DNA of 64,000 bases from Candidatus Aenigmatarchaeota archaeon (GCA_023137195.1 JAGLPV010000001.1:106242-170241), one strand, 5' to 3'; shown: positions 33,699-42,691, numbered from the stretch's first letter. The notes: a model not told the origin generated them from the sequence alone. Numbers and translations: made by a program.

Positions 33699-36152
33699 AT
33701 GAGAATTGTAAGTCTGTTGGGTTTTATAATTTCATTGTCCTGTATTTGCAGTTTTTGTTTTGCAGATGTCTCTTATCCTCATGTTTTTCCAAGATTGGTG
33801 AGCAATGGAGAGGATGTGATGGCGCTTGTCTTTATACGGGTGGATAATGCTGCTACGCCGAGCTGTGACTTGTCCAAGACATATTCTTTTTCCTACGAAT
33901 ACAACTATTCTTACAGCCGTAAAACAGGGGTTTTGACCGAACGACCTTACATATATCCTAATCCAAATAACAAACTCAAATTATATAGTGCTAATTTTCC
34001 TGCATATAACAACAGCAACTTAAGTATATTGATTGAATGCGACGATGTGTCTGAGCCAGACACCCATCATACAGAAATAAAAACATACAAAGTTATGACA
34101 GGAGATTTACAGTTTCCTTATGCAGAAGATGAATTTGTTTTTAAGAACAAGCCAAATGAGACAATAATACTTTACCCGTATGAAATAATCGAAAAAAAAG
34201 GAAAGGAACTGTCTGAAGGAGAAATCCAAACATACGAGATAAATTACAGCCTGTATAACCTCTATACAGAAAATGTCATTGAAAGAAAAGCATTTCAAAA
34301 GCAGCTGGATTTATATTATCCATCGCAAAATAATCTGTTCACTTATGAGGCAAGATACCCCATAGGATATATTGTATTTGAAGGTGATAATGGCACAGTT
34401 TTAGGGGGGAAATATTTTCCTTATTATACAATTCCTTTTTCTTTTTCCCTGATTGAAACAGGAGGTGTATGGGTTAAAGGGCAGACAACTACATTGGGTA
34501 TAGATTACCAGATTCATTATGATTCTTTTCCAGACAGTGTTTCGGTTGAGATTACAAAGCCGGATAATAAAAAAGACATCTTTTCTCTTGAAAAATCCAG
34601 CAATTACCAGAAAAATTATTTATTGAACCAGACCGGGACATATGATATGACAGCAACGGCAGATTCAGATACAGGATATTCTAAGACATCTAATATACAG
34701 GTAAATGTGCAGGACTATAAAACAGTAGTGCTTAGCACAGACAAGGAAACATATTATCTCGATGAAACCATACATCTTAATGCCACACTTTTTGAAAAAA
34801 CAACACCGAAGCCAAGCTATGAAGCATTTCTGGAAATAAAGTCAGGCAATGATATTTATTACAATACTACAGATGCAAAAAAAACAAACAATATATGGCT
34901 ATTTTCCATACCGGTCTCTTTTGAACCAGGGCCTTTTCCGCTTCACGACCTATTTATCCATATGAAAGATGAGGATGGAGTACTTTGGACAGGAGAAAAA
35001 CAGATATTTCTCTATGACCAAGTTCCTGTGAATTTTACAATTTCGCCGGAGACCGTGAATGTGATTTTTAAGGGAGATAAAATTAAAAAAATCATTAATT
35101 TTACTAATACAGGTTCAACTAATATTTCTTCTATAATTATTAATACATCCGGCATCGAAGATTCTGTTTCATTTGATGCATCCTCTTTTAGTCTTGATGT
35201 TTTGCAATCAAAAAATATATCGGTATATATAAAACCAGAAAACCTGTCAAAAGAAAAAATTGAAGGAGATATTTTTTTTACTGCCGGAGATATCTCCAGG
35301 AAACTTGGCATTGAGATAGATATGGATGTCTCTTATTCTGCGGAGCTTGAGACAAACAAATACACTATTGAAGCGATTGTCGGGAAGGATACAACGATAT
35401 CGTTGAAACTAAAGAATACTGGAGTTCTTGAATTGGATGAAATAACTTTTTTGGTTTCAGGGCAATTGACAGGTCATTTGGTAAATTCCTCTGTTTCGGA
35501 TAGTATACTCCCTGGAATGGAAGAAACACTGTTTTTTGATTTTTCTAATTTTGACGAGGAAAAAACAATTTCCGGCAATATAGAAATTGATACCAATGGC
35601 GTAAAAAATACTGCGGAAATAACAATAACTGTGATTGGAGATATAGTCGATGACATAAATGAGATAAAAGGCAAGAAAGACAGACTGGTCGATAGGCTGG
35701 ATGGATTAAAATCAAGTGAAAAAGAAAACCTGATGGAAAAATTTAATGAATTGCAAGGAGATATAAGCGAGCTTAACAGTGATTACAGCAACGGCAAATA
35801 TCTGGATGCAAAGGGAAAAATTGCGCTTATCAATGATAAAATATATTACCTCGAAATGTCTATTTCCAATATAGAAAACTCAGAAGATTCTACTTCGGAT
35901 GATTCATATTGTGGTGATGGTATTTGCAATGCTGATGAAGATGAAGTTATCTGTGTCGAGGATTGTTCTTCCGGGAGTGATAGTAATGGAGAGGTTGACA
36001 AGCCATTACCTAAAAAGACAACCTGGATAATTGTTGTAGGAGTTCTTATTGCTGTTGTTGCAGTAGTAATTGTGGCAACATCGATTGTTCCTGAGGATTA
36101 CCAGGATGATGAAGAGGAAGGAGAAATAGATTACGATAAGCCAGATGAATGA
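33699..36152 (+). CDS. Secreted surface protein with beta-sandwich (CARDB/NEW3-like) repeats, a coiled coil, a Cys-rich motif, a C-terminal TM anchor and an acidic tail
   Basis: 817 aa. Signal peptide MRIVSLLGFIISLSCICSFCFA. INFTNTGSTNISSIIINTSG- and LKLKNTGVLELDEITF-type strands. CGDGICNADEDEVICVEDC. TM segment WIIVVGVLIAVVAVVIVATSIV followed by PEDYQDDEEEGEIDYDKPDE. Confidence 0.7.
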   Translation: MRIVSLLGFIISLSCICSFCFADVSYPHVFPRLVSNGEDVMALVFIRVDNAATPSCDLSKTYSFSYEYNYSYSRKTGVLTERPYIYPNPNNKLKLYSANFPAYNNSNLSILIECDDVSEPDTHHTEIKTYKVMTGDLQFPYAEDEFVFKNKPNETIILYPYEIIEKKGKELSEGEIQTYEINYSLYNLYTENVIERKAFQKQLDLYYPSQNNLFTYEARYPIGYIVFEGDNGTVLGGKYFPYYTIPFSFSLIETGGVWVKGQTTTLGIDYQIHYDSFPDSVSVEITKPDNKKDIFSLEKSSNYQKNYLLNQTGTYDMTATADSDTGYSKTSNIQVNVQDYKTVVLSTDKETYYLDETIHLNATLFEKTTPKPSYEAFLEIKSGNDIYYNTTDAKKTNNIWLFSIPVSFEPGPFPLHDLFIHMKDEDGVLWTGEKQIFLYDQVPVNFTISPETVNVIFKGDKIKKIINFTNTGSTNISSIIINTSGIEDSVSFDASSFSLDVLQSKNISVYIKPENLSKEKIEGDIFFTAGDISRKLGIEIDMDVSYSAELETNKYTIEAIVGKDTTISLKLKNTGVLELDEITFLVSGQLTGHLVNSSVSDSILPGMEETLFFDFSNFDEEKTISGNIEIDTNGVKNTAEITITVIGDIVDDINEIKGKKDRLVDRLDGLKSSEKENLMEKFNELQGDISELNSDYSNGKYLDAKGKIALINDKIYYLEMSISNIENSEDSTSDDSYCGDGICNADEDEVICVEDCSSGSDSNGEVDKPLPKKTTWIIVVGVLIAVVAVVIVATSIVPEDYQDDEEEGEIDYDKPDE

Positions 36153-36157
36153 TATAC

Positions 36158-36196
36158 AAAAACATAAATATTGGTTTAGAGGCATATATGTTTTTT
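36158..36196 (+). terminator. Hairpin plus T-run downstream of the 33699-36152 gene
   Basis: AAAAACATA (36158-36166) pairs with TATGTTTTT (36187-36195) around a 20-nt loop, and the 3' arm runs into TTTTTT. The stem sequence resembles hairpin 1 of the dispersed element. Confidence 0.35.
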
Positions 36197-36254
36197 AATG
36201 TTGTAGAAATTGTAATATGATTAATTTTGTGCTGAGATATAATATAAAATATAG

Positions 36255-36328
36255 TGGTGGGATTACGAGGACTTGAACCCCGACTAATAGGTCTGGAGCC
36301 TATTGTGCTACCATTACACCATAACCCC
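36255..36328 (-). tRNA. tRNA-Trp (anticodon CCA), 74 nt with encoded 3' CCA
   Basis: The reverse complement folds by hand: acceptor GGGGUUA/UAAUCCC, D arm GUGU-AAUGGUA-GCAC, anticodon arm AUAGG-CUCCAGA-CCUAU, T arm CGGGG-UUCAAGU-CCUCG, then discriminator A and CCA. Confidence 0.9.
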
Positions 36329-36460
36329 TTTATTTTGGTCATAGCCAACCTCTGTATTGGTGTATTAGATGGGTTGGATGCTTTGCTGAAGCTTTTTTGC
36401 AAAAAGAGACCGGGCGATTATCACACCCTTATTTTTGGTCATAGCCAATTTTGGTATTGG
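36325..36460 (-). repeat. Duplicated ~36-nt motif directly upstream of tRNA-Trp and again 100 nt further upstream
   Basis: CCCCTTTATTTTGGTCATAGCCAACCTCTGTATTGG (36325-36360) versus CCCTTATTTTTGGTCATAGCCAATTTTGGTATTGG (36426-36460). The first copy abuts the tRNA 5' end. Confidence 0.7.
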
Positions 36461-36612
36461 CATCATACGCAGGCAGGGCGTTCGCTTAATCTTTTTGCAT
36501 GAATGCAAATAAAGCATGTATTTTTACTTTATTACAACATTAAAAAAGTATGCACCATTTATGATTTTTTTTATTGAAAATGTTTGGTGACCATTACAAT
36601 ATTTCCTGATAA

Positions 36613-37218
36613 TTAATCAACCTCTTTTTCGGCGTTATTTGGAAGAGGTTTAGCATTTATTTTTATGTTATTTTCTATAATATCTCTATATTCTCTTACC
36701 TGCGTTTCGTTCTCAAGACCCATTACGAGTATGTCTTTTCGGTCGTCCCGCAATACACAATATGCGTTTTTCAGCCTTTCGGCAGAACGGTATATCATAA
36801 CGTCTAATTCTTTGTTGTATTGGCAGTTTTTTGGAGAATTAGCAATGTGGCGTAGGCTTTCTATTTTTTCTTTAAGTTCGTATCTTACGACACTTTCTCT
36901 CACTCTTGTTTTAGTTACTTTATAATCACATCCCATTTGTTTCATCCGACCCAGAACTTTATTTTTTATGCTTTCAATGTCTTCAAATCTTTTTATATTT
37001 GACAGGAGAATTTTTCCGTTTTTAAAAACAGTAGTATGGTAGTTGTTAGGTGGTTGTTTATCCCGGTTGCATACAATAATGAAATCCTTTAATTCCGGTT
37101 CAAACACCTTTTTTTCAAGATCAAAACTTATTTTTTGAAGAGGGATATTGTTGGTGTTCAATTCACATTCCACAGTGATGTCTTCGATAATTACATTAGT
37201 TACCTTTAGATTATCCAT
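36613..37218 (-). CDS. Divergent TATA-box-binding protein (TBP)-like protein
   Basis: 201 aa with two-fold internal symmetry. Half 1: VIIEDITVECEL...FEPELKDFIIV...VFKNGKILLSNIKRFEDIES...MKQMG, compared with TBP IENIVASvdL...Y.PEqFPGl....lLiFsSGKlV.TGAKS..d.e.a. Half 2: SPKNCQYNKELDVMIYR, compared with LPNCEYEPEQFPGVIYR. The start overlaps the pssA stop by 8 nt. Confidence 0.5.
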   Translation of the reverse strand: MDNLKVTNVIIEDITVECELNTNNIPLQKISFDLEKKVFEPELKDFIIVCNRDKQPPNNYHTTVFKNGKILLSNIKRFEDIESIKNKVLGRMKQMGCDYKVTKTRVRESVVRYELKEKIESLRHIANSPKNCQYNKELDVMIYRSAERLKNAYCVLRDDRKDILVMGLENETQVREYRDIIENNIKINAKPLPNNAEKEVD

Positions 37219-37912
37219 GTTCCTCGGGATTTTTTTCTATCTCCAGAATTGGTCCGAATATTATGTAAAATGCAGGAGGGATGATAATTAATTTTTCAAT
37301 ATCTACAACAGCCATGATTATACATGAAATTGCAAACAATAAAGTCAAATAAATTATTTTTTTCCTCTTTTCCCTTTTTATTTTTTTAAACGAGGGGTAT
37401 TTTATGTTGCATACCATCAGGAAAGCCAATGTTATTACAATGCATGCGATTATATTTGGGTTGAGCTGAATTTTTGAAATAGCAAGAGATGCCACAGCCA
37501 GACCGGATGCATCAATGGGAATGCCCAGAAAGTAGTTGCTTATGTTGATTACATTAAATCTTGCAAGGCGGCTCATACCGCCCAAAATCAATAAAAAAGA
37601 GATTAAAAGACCCGTCGTCCCGAACACATGCAATTCGGACAGGTATATTAATACTGCCGGGGCTACGCCGAAGGAAACCAAATCAGCAAAAGAGTCCAGT
37701 TCCTTTCCAAACTCGCTTGTTGCTTTAAAGAATCTTGCTATTCTCCCGTCAAAAACATCCAGCAGAATTGCAATGATTATTAAAACACCGGCAATGAAAA
37801 AATTACTGTTTATTGAGAAAAAAATAGATGCAAAACCACATAATGCGTTTGCGTAGGTAAAGGATGATGGGAATATATATACGGGGTTTATCGCAGGTTT
37901 TATTTTTTCCAT
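37211..37912 (-). CDS. pssA: CDP-alcohol phosphatidyltransferase, archaetidylserine synthase type
   Basis: 233 aa, multi-TM. Exact CDP-OH-P motif DGRIARFFKATSEFGKELDSFAD (DG-x2-AR-x8-G-x3-D-x3-D). Adjacent to psd. Confidence 0.8.
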   Translation of the reverse strand: MEKIKPAINPVYIFPSSFTYANALCGFASIFFSINSNFFIAGVLIIIAILLDVFDGRIARFFKATSEFGKELDSFADLVSFGVAPAVLIYLSELHVFGTTGLLISFLLILGGMSRLARFNVINISNYFLGIPIDASGLAVASLAISKIQLNPNIIACIVITLAFLMVCNIKYPSFKKIKREKRKKIIYLTLLFAISCIIMAVVDIEKLIIIPPAFYIIFGPILEIEKNPEEHG

Positions 37913-37943
37913 ATCAATTCAAAGTGTTTATATTTATATATTT

Positions 37944-38852
37944 TTAGATACTTTTCCCTAAAAATTCCCCGAGTTTTACTTCTGTTTCATAACCTTCGGC
38001 GGTATTTTTCAGTAAATCCTTAGCTATTTTGATTTTGTTTTTCTGGAAGAAAAGCAATACTGCTGAACCGCCAAACTGGAAATAGCCCTTTTCATTACCT
38101 TTGGTCATATTCTTTGTTTTATCAAAAGTCTGGACAATAGATCCAATACAACTTGCGCCTATTTCCACACAAATAACAGGTCCAAAATTTTTAGAGTTGA
38201 ATAAAGTCAAATTTTTCTTGTTTTTGATATAAAGTTTTTTTGTTCTTTCCAGGGAAAGGGGAGCCACAGAATGCAATTTTCCTCTTAGTCTCTTTGTTTT
38301 GATTACATTTCCATCATCAATAAAATGAAACCTGTGGTAATCGTGAGATGTCAATCTAAATATGCAATAACTTCCTCCCTCGTAGTTCCGGGTAGGAACA
38401 AATCCTTTTAGCAGTTTATCCAGGCTGAATGTTTCCTCTTTTATTTGAAAAACATAATTTGCATCTGTATTTTCAAATGCCCTGACCTTGCTGTCTACAG
38501 GACATATTCCTCCTGTGGTTTTTTTATCCAGTGGTCTTGTTCCCGGCTTTAATTTTCGTATAAAAAAATCATTAAATGTATTGAATTCATCAATTTGTTT
38601 TTCAAATTCATTTACATCAATGTTGTGTTTGTCTATAAATTTAGGAATGATTTTCTTTGAAAGTTTGCTTTTATAATAACCTGCTAATATCTTACTAAAG
38701 ACAGGATACTGAAAAATATATTTTCTCATAATATTTCCGTATCGTCCATAAAAAAAGCTCAATAGGGGTTCAACTAAGACCGGTTCGTAGTATATGTCGT
38801 CGCTGTTTCTTTTGACATAAGGTACTTTTATGTCTTTAAGTTTTGTTTTCAT
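37944..38852 (-). CDS. psd: Phosphatidyl(archaetidyl)serine decarboxylase proenzyme
   Basis: 302 aa. FRLTSHDYHRFHF (PSD L.P.DYHR.H motif) and FQFGGSAVLLF at the position of the GS(T/S) self-cleavage site. Confidence 0.8.
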   Translation of the reverse strand: MKTKLKDIKVPYVKRNSDDIYYEPVLVEPLLSFFYGRYGNIMRKYIFQYPVFSKILAGYYKSKLSKKIIPKFIDKHNIDVNEFEKQIDEFNTFNDFFIRKLKPGTRPLDKKTTGGICPVDSKVRAFENTDANYVFQIKEETFSLDKLLKGFVPTRNYEGGSYCIFRLTSHDYHRFHFIDDGNVIKTKRLRGKLHSVAPLSLERTKKLYIKNKKNLTLFNSKNFGPVICVEIGASCIGSIVQTFDKTKNMTKGNEKGYFQFGGSAVLLFFQKNKIKIAKDLLKNTAEGYETEVKLGEFLGKSI

Positions 38853-38944
38853 ACTTAACTAAAAATACATGGAATGTATTTAAATTTGTTGTGTGAATCT
38901 GTAAATTTGTTCTATTACTGGAATAATCGTTGCTTTTGCATAAG

Positions 38945-39328
38945 TTATTTCTTCTTTTTCAGCATTTTTCTTCCCAATGACAAGAATGGCTTTATCAGGC
39001 AATAAACTACAAATAACGTGCATCCGAGGATGATGAATTGTATTATCCTGTCAAGGGAGACAAAATAATCCGGTTGGATGTAATGCAGTATAACAGGAAA
39101 TAGAGCAGAAACAAATGCTACGGCTATTAGTTTTTTTGCAAAAGCAATTGCCTTTAGCACTAAGTATATGAAGAGTATGAAGAGCAAAAGAACGAATATA
39201 TTATTTGAAAGGAAAGAAAAATCCAGGTTCTGGAAAATTCCGGAAATAAAGGTTTGGTTTGTTGTTGCGTTCAATAACGTAGTTGTGTTGGTTTCATTCA
39301 TCAAGAAAGTTGCATTTTCTATAGCCAT
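38945..39328 (-). CDS. Hypothetical membrane protein
   Basis: 127-aa ORF. Sequon-rich N-terminus (NATFLMNETNTTTLLNATTNQT) followed by three hydrophobic helices. Confidence 0.5.
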   Translation of the reverse strand: MAIENATFLMNETNTTTLLNATTNQTFISGIFQNLDFSFLSNNIFVLLLFILFIYLVLKAIAFAKKLIAVAFVSALFPVILHYIQPDYFVSLDRIIQFIILGCTLFVVYCLIKPFLSLGRKMLKKKK

Positions 39329-39368
39329 ACATATATTCCCTTGAGGAAAAGTATATAAACATTATTAA

Positions 39369-39575
39369 TTGTATAATGGTATGAAACAGAAAATATATGA
39401 AGGTGTTTTGCTGACAATATTGGTCATGGTACTTATAATGAACTTTTTATTGTATGCTAAATCAACATATATGGTATCTCCCGGAGACACTTTGAATTTT
39501 TCTTTACTATTCCTGATATTTGCGGCATTGATAGTTCAGACTATAGTATTGCTCAGGATTGCAAACAAGAAATAA
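39369..39575 (+). CDS. Small hypothetical membrane protein
   Basis: 68-aa ORF with two hydrophobic helices. Confidence 0.35.
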   Translation: MYNGMKQKIYEGVLLTILVMVLIMNFLLYAKSTYMVSPGDTLNFSLLFLIFAALIVQTIVLLRIANKK

Positions 39576-39593
39576 TAAGATTTAGTTGATGTA

Positions 39594-40061
39594 TTACTTT
39601 ACAAGGATGTTTTCTTCTTTTATTGTGTTTAATATAAGAATTGTTTCTGTCTTTTCAATAAAATCATAGATCTGGATTTTTTTGAGGAAATTGTCCATTG
39701 ACTTCCTGTTCCTGAATTTTGCGATGATGATTGCATCAAAATTTCCAGTAACATCGTATATTGCAGATACATTCGGTTCTTTGGCAATCTTTTTTTCTAC
39801 TTCAAACAGCATTCCCTTGGAGATGCACAGTTTTATTATCACTTCTATATCATAGCCTAGTTTTGAGTAATCCAGGTGTACTGTGTGGTTTTTTATTATT
39901 TTTTCATTTTCTAGTTTTTTTATCCTGTTTAGTATTGTTACTGTTGAGAGTCCTGTTTTTTTGGCAATCCTGCGGCAGGACAATCCTGCATTTTTGAGGA
40001 GGATGTTTAGTATTTTCCTGTCTGTTTTGTCTATTGTCTTGTCCTTTTCCATATCAAACAA
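39594..40061 (-). CDS. Lrp/AsnC-family transcriptional regulator
   Basis: 155 aa. DKTDRKILNILLKNAGLSCRRIAKKTGLSTVTILNRIKKLENEKIIK (HTH_AsnC) plus a C-terminal RAM-like domain. Divergent from glnA. Confidence 0.85.
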   Translation of the reverse strand: MFDMEKDKTIDKTDRKILNILLKNAGLSCRRIAKKTGLSTVTILNRIKKLENEKIIKNHTVHLDYSKLGYDIEVIIKLCISKGMLFEVEKKIAKEPNVSAIYDVTGNFDAIIIAKFRNRKSMDNFLKKIQIYDFIEKTETILILNTIKEENILVK

Positions 40062-40186
40062 ATATTAACTTTTATTGTGGTTTATTATATGGGTAGTTTA
40101 CAAATGTTTAAGTATGTATGTTTTTTATTTTCAAATGTTTAGTAAATTAGCATGTATATTAATATACTATAAACTCCTTAGTATTA

Positions 40187-40419
40187 TATAGCAAAACACA
40201 TAAATATAGCAGAACACATAAATAATGCAAAAAAATATAACGTGATATAATACAAAGATATAATATCTGTATTTAGATAGCATTTATGTATTTTGCCAGT
40301 ATCGCGCCACACACTTGCATTTTGTTCTTGTTGCACAAATGTGATGAGACAAGAACAAAATCTTAGAAGTAGTATGGATTGTAAGGAAACTTCCATGATT
40401 ACTTTTGTGCCGCGATATA
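40187..40419 (+). repeat. Dispersed two-hairpin element, copy 3 (expanded: duplicated 5' arm and a 77-nt insertion in the hairpin-2 loop)
   Basis: TATAGCAAAACACATAAATATAGCAGAACACATAAATAATGCAA ... ATAGCATTTATGTATTTTGCCAGTATCGCGCCACACACTTGCAT[40321-40397 insertion]ATTACTTTTGTGCCGCGATATA. The insertion contains a perfect 12-bp stem, TTTTGTTCTTGT (40320-40331) with ACAAGAACAAAA (40349-40360). The element ends 20 nt before the glnA ATG. Confidence 0.85.
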
Positions 40420-40438
40420 AGAAAAAAAAGTGAATAAA

Positions 40439-41758
40439 ATGGAAGACAAAATCTTTGAAAAAATAGAAAAAGACAATGTGAAATTTATACAACTGCAATT
40501 TAGTGATATTTTGGGTATTGCCAAGAGTTTGACTATCCCGGTTCGGTATCTGTCGGATGCATTAAATGACGGGACGTGGTTTGACGGATCTTCAATCGAG
40601 GGATTTACACGGATATGCGAGAGTGACATGTATCTTGTGCCGGATATTGATACGTATTCCGTTATCCCCTGGCTGAACTCTGAGGATGGGAATACTGCCA
40701 GATTTATCTGTAATATTTATACGCCAGATGGAATACTGTTCAAGGGGGATCCGAGATGTATTCTTAAGAGAGTTATTGCGGAGGCGAAAAAAATAGGGTT
40801 TGTCTACAATACAGGACCGGAACTGGAGTTTTTTTTATTCAAGAAAGAAAATGGCATCAGGGCATTGCCTCATGACAAAGGGGGGTATTTTGACCTGACA
40901 ACAGACCAGGCATACAATGTCCGTAGAGATATGACAGTTGCGCTTGAGAAATTTGGGATAGATATTGAAACATCTCATCACGAGGTTGCGCTGGGACAGC
41001 ATGAGATTTCATTTAAGTACAGCGATGCGCTAAAGACAGCAGATAATGCAGTCACTTTCAAAACTGTTCTCAAGGCGATAGCCCAGCAAAATGATTTGTA
41101 TGCCACCTTTATGCCAAAGCCGATTGCCGGGATTAACGGGTCGGGAATGCATGTTCACCAGAGCCTGTTTGACATAAAAACAGGGAAAAATGCATTTTAT
41201 GATGAAGGAGATAAATACCACTTGTCTAAAACTGCATATAATTTTATTGCAGGACAACTAGCTCATATCAAGGCAATGTCGGCAATACTTTCGCCTACTA
41301 TAAATTCTTATAAACGACTGGTTCCGGGATATGAGGCTCCAGTCTACATCTGCTGGGGAAGAATAAACCGGTCTGCGCTTGTCAGGATACCAAGGTATGC
41401 TAAAGGAAAGTATAATTCTACACGGGCTGAACTAAGATGTCCTGACCCAAGTAGCAATATTTACCTGACATTTGCAGTGATGCTTGCGGCTGGTCTTGAT
41501 GGTATTAAAAGAAATCTTGCTGCACCAAAGCCTGTTGAAGAGAATTTATATAAGTTAACTGATGCAGAGTTGAAAATAGATACTCTTCCCAAATCACTGG
41601 AAGAGGCATTGGGTGAATTGAAAAAAGACAAACTGATACAGGATGCTCTGGGAAAACACACTTATGAAAAGTTTCTGGAGGCAAAGACAGAAGAGTGTGA
41701 TGAATACAACCTTCAGGTCAGCAAGTGGGAACTAGACCGGTACCTAGAGGTTTATTAA
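40439..41758 (+). CDS. glnA: Glutamine synthetase type I
   Basis: Colinear GS-I motifs: FDGSSIEGF, NTGPELEFFLF, HHEVALGQHEISF, GSGMHVHQSLF and NSYKRLVPGYEAP. ATG at 40439 preferred over the track's GTG at 40430. Confidence 0.95.
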   Translation: MEDKIFEKIEKDNVKFIQLQFSDILGIAKSLTIPVRYLSDALNDGTWFDGSSIEGFTRICESDMYLVPDIDTYSVIPWLNSEDGNTARFICNIYTPDGILFKGDPRCILKRVIAEAKKIGFVYNTGPELEFFLFKKENGIRALPHDKGGYFDLTTDQAYNVRRDMTVALEKFGIDIETSHHEVALGQHEISFKYSDALKTADNAVTFKTVLKAIAQQNDLYATFMPKPIAGINGSGMHVHQSLFDIKTGKNAFYDEGDKYHLSKTAYNFIAGQLAHIKAMSAILSPTINSYKRLVPGYEAPVYICWGRINRSALVRIPRYAKGKYNSTRAELRCPDPSSNIYLTFAVMLAAGLDGIKRNLAAPKPVEENLYKLTDAELKIDTLPKSLEEALGELKKDKLIQDALGKHTYEKFLEAKTEECDEYNLQVSKWELDRYLEVY

Positions 41759-41763
41759 GTCGG

Positions 41764-42657
41764 TTACTTTTTCTTTTTTAATTTTTTTGGCTTAGGTATA
41801 TTTTTCTTGTAAACAATTGTGCGGTAAGGATATGGTATTTCTACTCCTTCTTTACAAAATCGTTTTTTTATTGACTCAAGTAATTCATAGCCTATTCGCG
41901 TGGCTGTAGGTTGGTCTGGTGTCCAGAACAATGCTCTTAGGGATACGCCGTTGTCTTTGAGTCTTCTCATGCGAACTACAGGAAGCTTTGTTGTATTGAT
42001 ATCTTTTGAGTCTTCTATTTTCAGGACAGCGGGATGTTTTTTTATTTCTTCCAGGATTATTTTACGTGAAAGGTCAATGTCTGAGTCATAGCTGATAGAA
42101 ATATCGATATATTTCAGGATTTTTTCATCTTCTATACTGAAATTTACAATGGGATCTTTGCTGATGATGTGATTTGGGATTATTATCCTCTTGTTTTCCC
42201 ATGTCCTTATGACTGTATGGCGAAATGTTATGTCTTCGACTATTCCCTGTTCTCCTGAAATTTTCAGCCTGTCCCCCAGACGAAATGGCTGGAATATGGC
42301 AAGACTGATGCCTGCTATGATGTTTGAGAGTGCGTCCTGTGCTGCAAGACCAATGACAAGACCCATTACACCAACACCTGCAAAGAGACCGACTGAAAGA
42401 GCACGTAGTTCCGGGATAACATAAAATACTGTGCCAAGACCAAGTAGGTATATCATTGCTATTGTTACCTTTCTTGCCATTACATGCCTGGTGATGTCTC
42501 TTTTCCTGTGTAATTTTGATGTCTTTTCAATGCGAAAGAAAGCACGCTTCACTATTTTGGCGATAATGGGGGTTATTATGACAATGAAAAGTACGAGCCA
42601 CATCTGTTGATTAAATAAATTTAATATATTGAAAATTCCCTGTATATTCAAATCCAT
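41764..42657 (-). CDS. mscS: Small-conductance mechanosensitive channel (MscS family)
   Basis: 297 aa. Three N-terminal TM segments, then LSNIIAGISLAIFQPFRLGDRLKISGEQGIVEDITFRHTVIRTWENKRIIIPN (MscS beta-domain signature). Confidence 0.85.
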   Translation of the reverse strand: MDLNIQGIFNILNLFNQQMWLVLFIVIITPIIAKIVKRAFFRIEKTSKLHRKRDITRHVMARKVTIAMIYLLGLGTVFYVIPELRALSVGLFAGVGVMGLVIGLAAQDALSNIIAGISLAIFQPFRLGDRLKISGEQGIVEDITFRHTVIRTWENKRIIIPNHIISKDPIVNFSIEDEKILKYIDISISYDSDIDLSRKIILEEIKKHPAVLKIEDSKDINTTKLPVVRMRRLKDNGVSLRALFWTPDQPTATRIGYELLESIKKRFCKEGVEIPYPYRTIVYKKNIPKPKKLKKKK

Positions 42658-42691
42658 GTTTTTATAACAACTACAAGATTAAAAATATTAC

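Noticed and set aside
36366-36425. A split-tRNA half (as in Nanoarchaeum) in the spacer between the duplicated tRNA-Trp upstream motifs
   Set aside because: GGGTGTGATAATCGCCCGGTCTC cannot be folded into an acceptor plus D arm plus anticodon stem, and no complementary leader or trailer was found.
36046-36502. ORFs 36046-36402 (minus) and 36254-36502 (plus)
   Set aside because: Both overlap the well-folded tRNA-Trp (36255-36328) and its duplicated upstream motif. The translations show no protein-like features.
40320-40397. A C/D-box sRNA inside the 77-nt insertion (GTGATGA in the hairpin loop resembles a C box)
   Set aside because: No CTGA D box or C'/D' pair lies at an appropriate distance, and the GTGATGA sits in a hairpin loop rather than next to a terminal stem. 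It might still form a K-loop, but the evidence is insufficient.
40184-40629. ORFs 40184-40498 (minus) and 40399-40629 (minus)
   Set aside because: They run through the repeat element and antisense to the start of glnA. They are hydrophobic or low-complexity translations of AT-rich repeat DNA.
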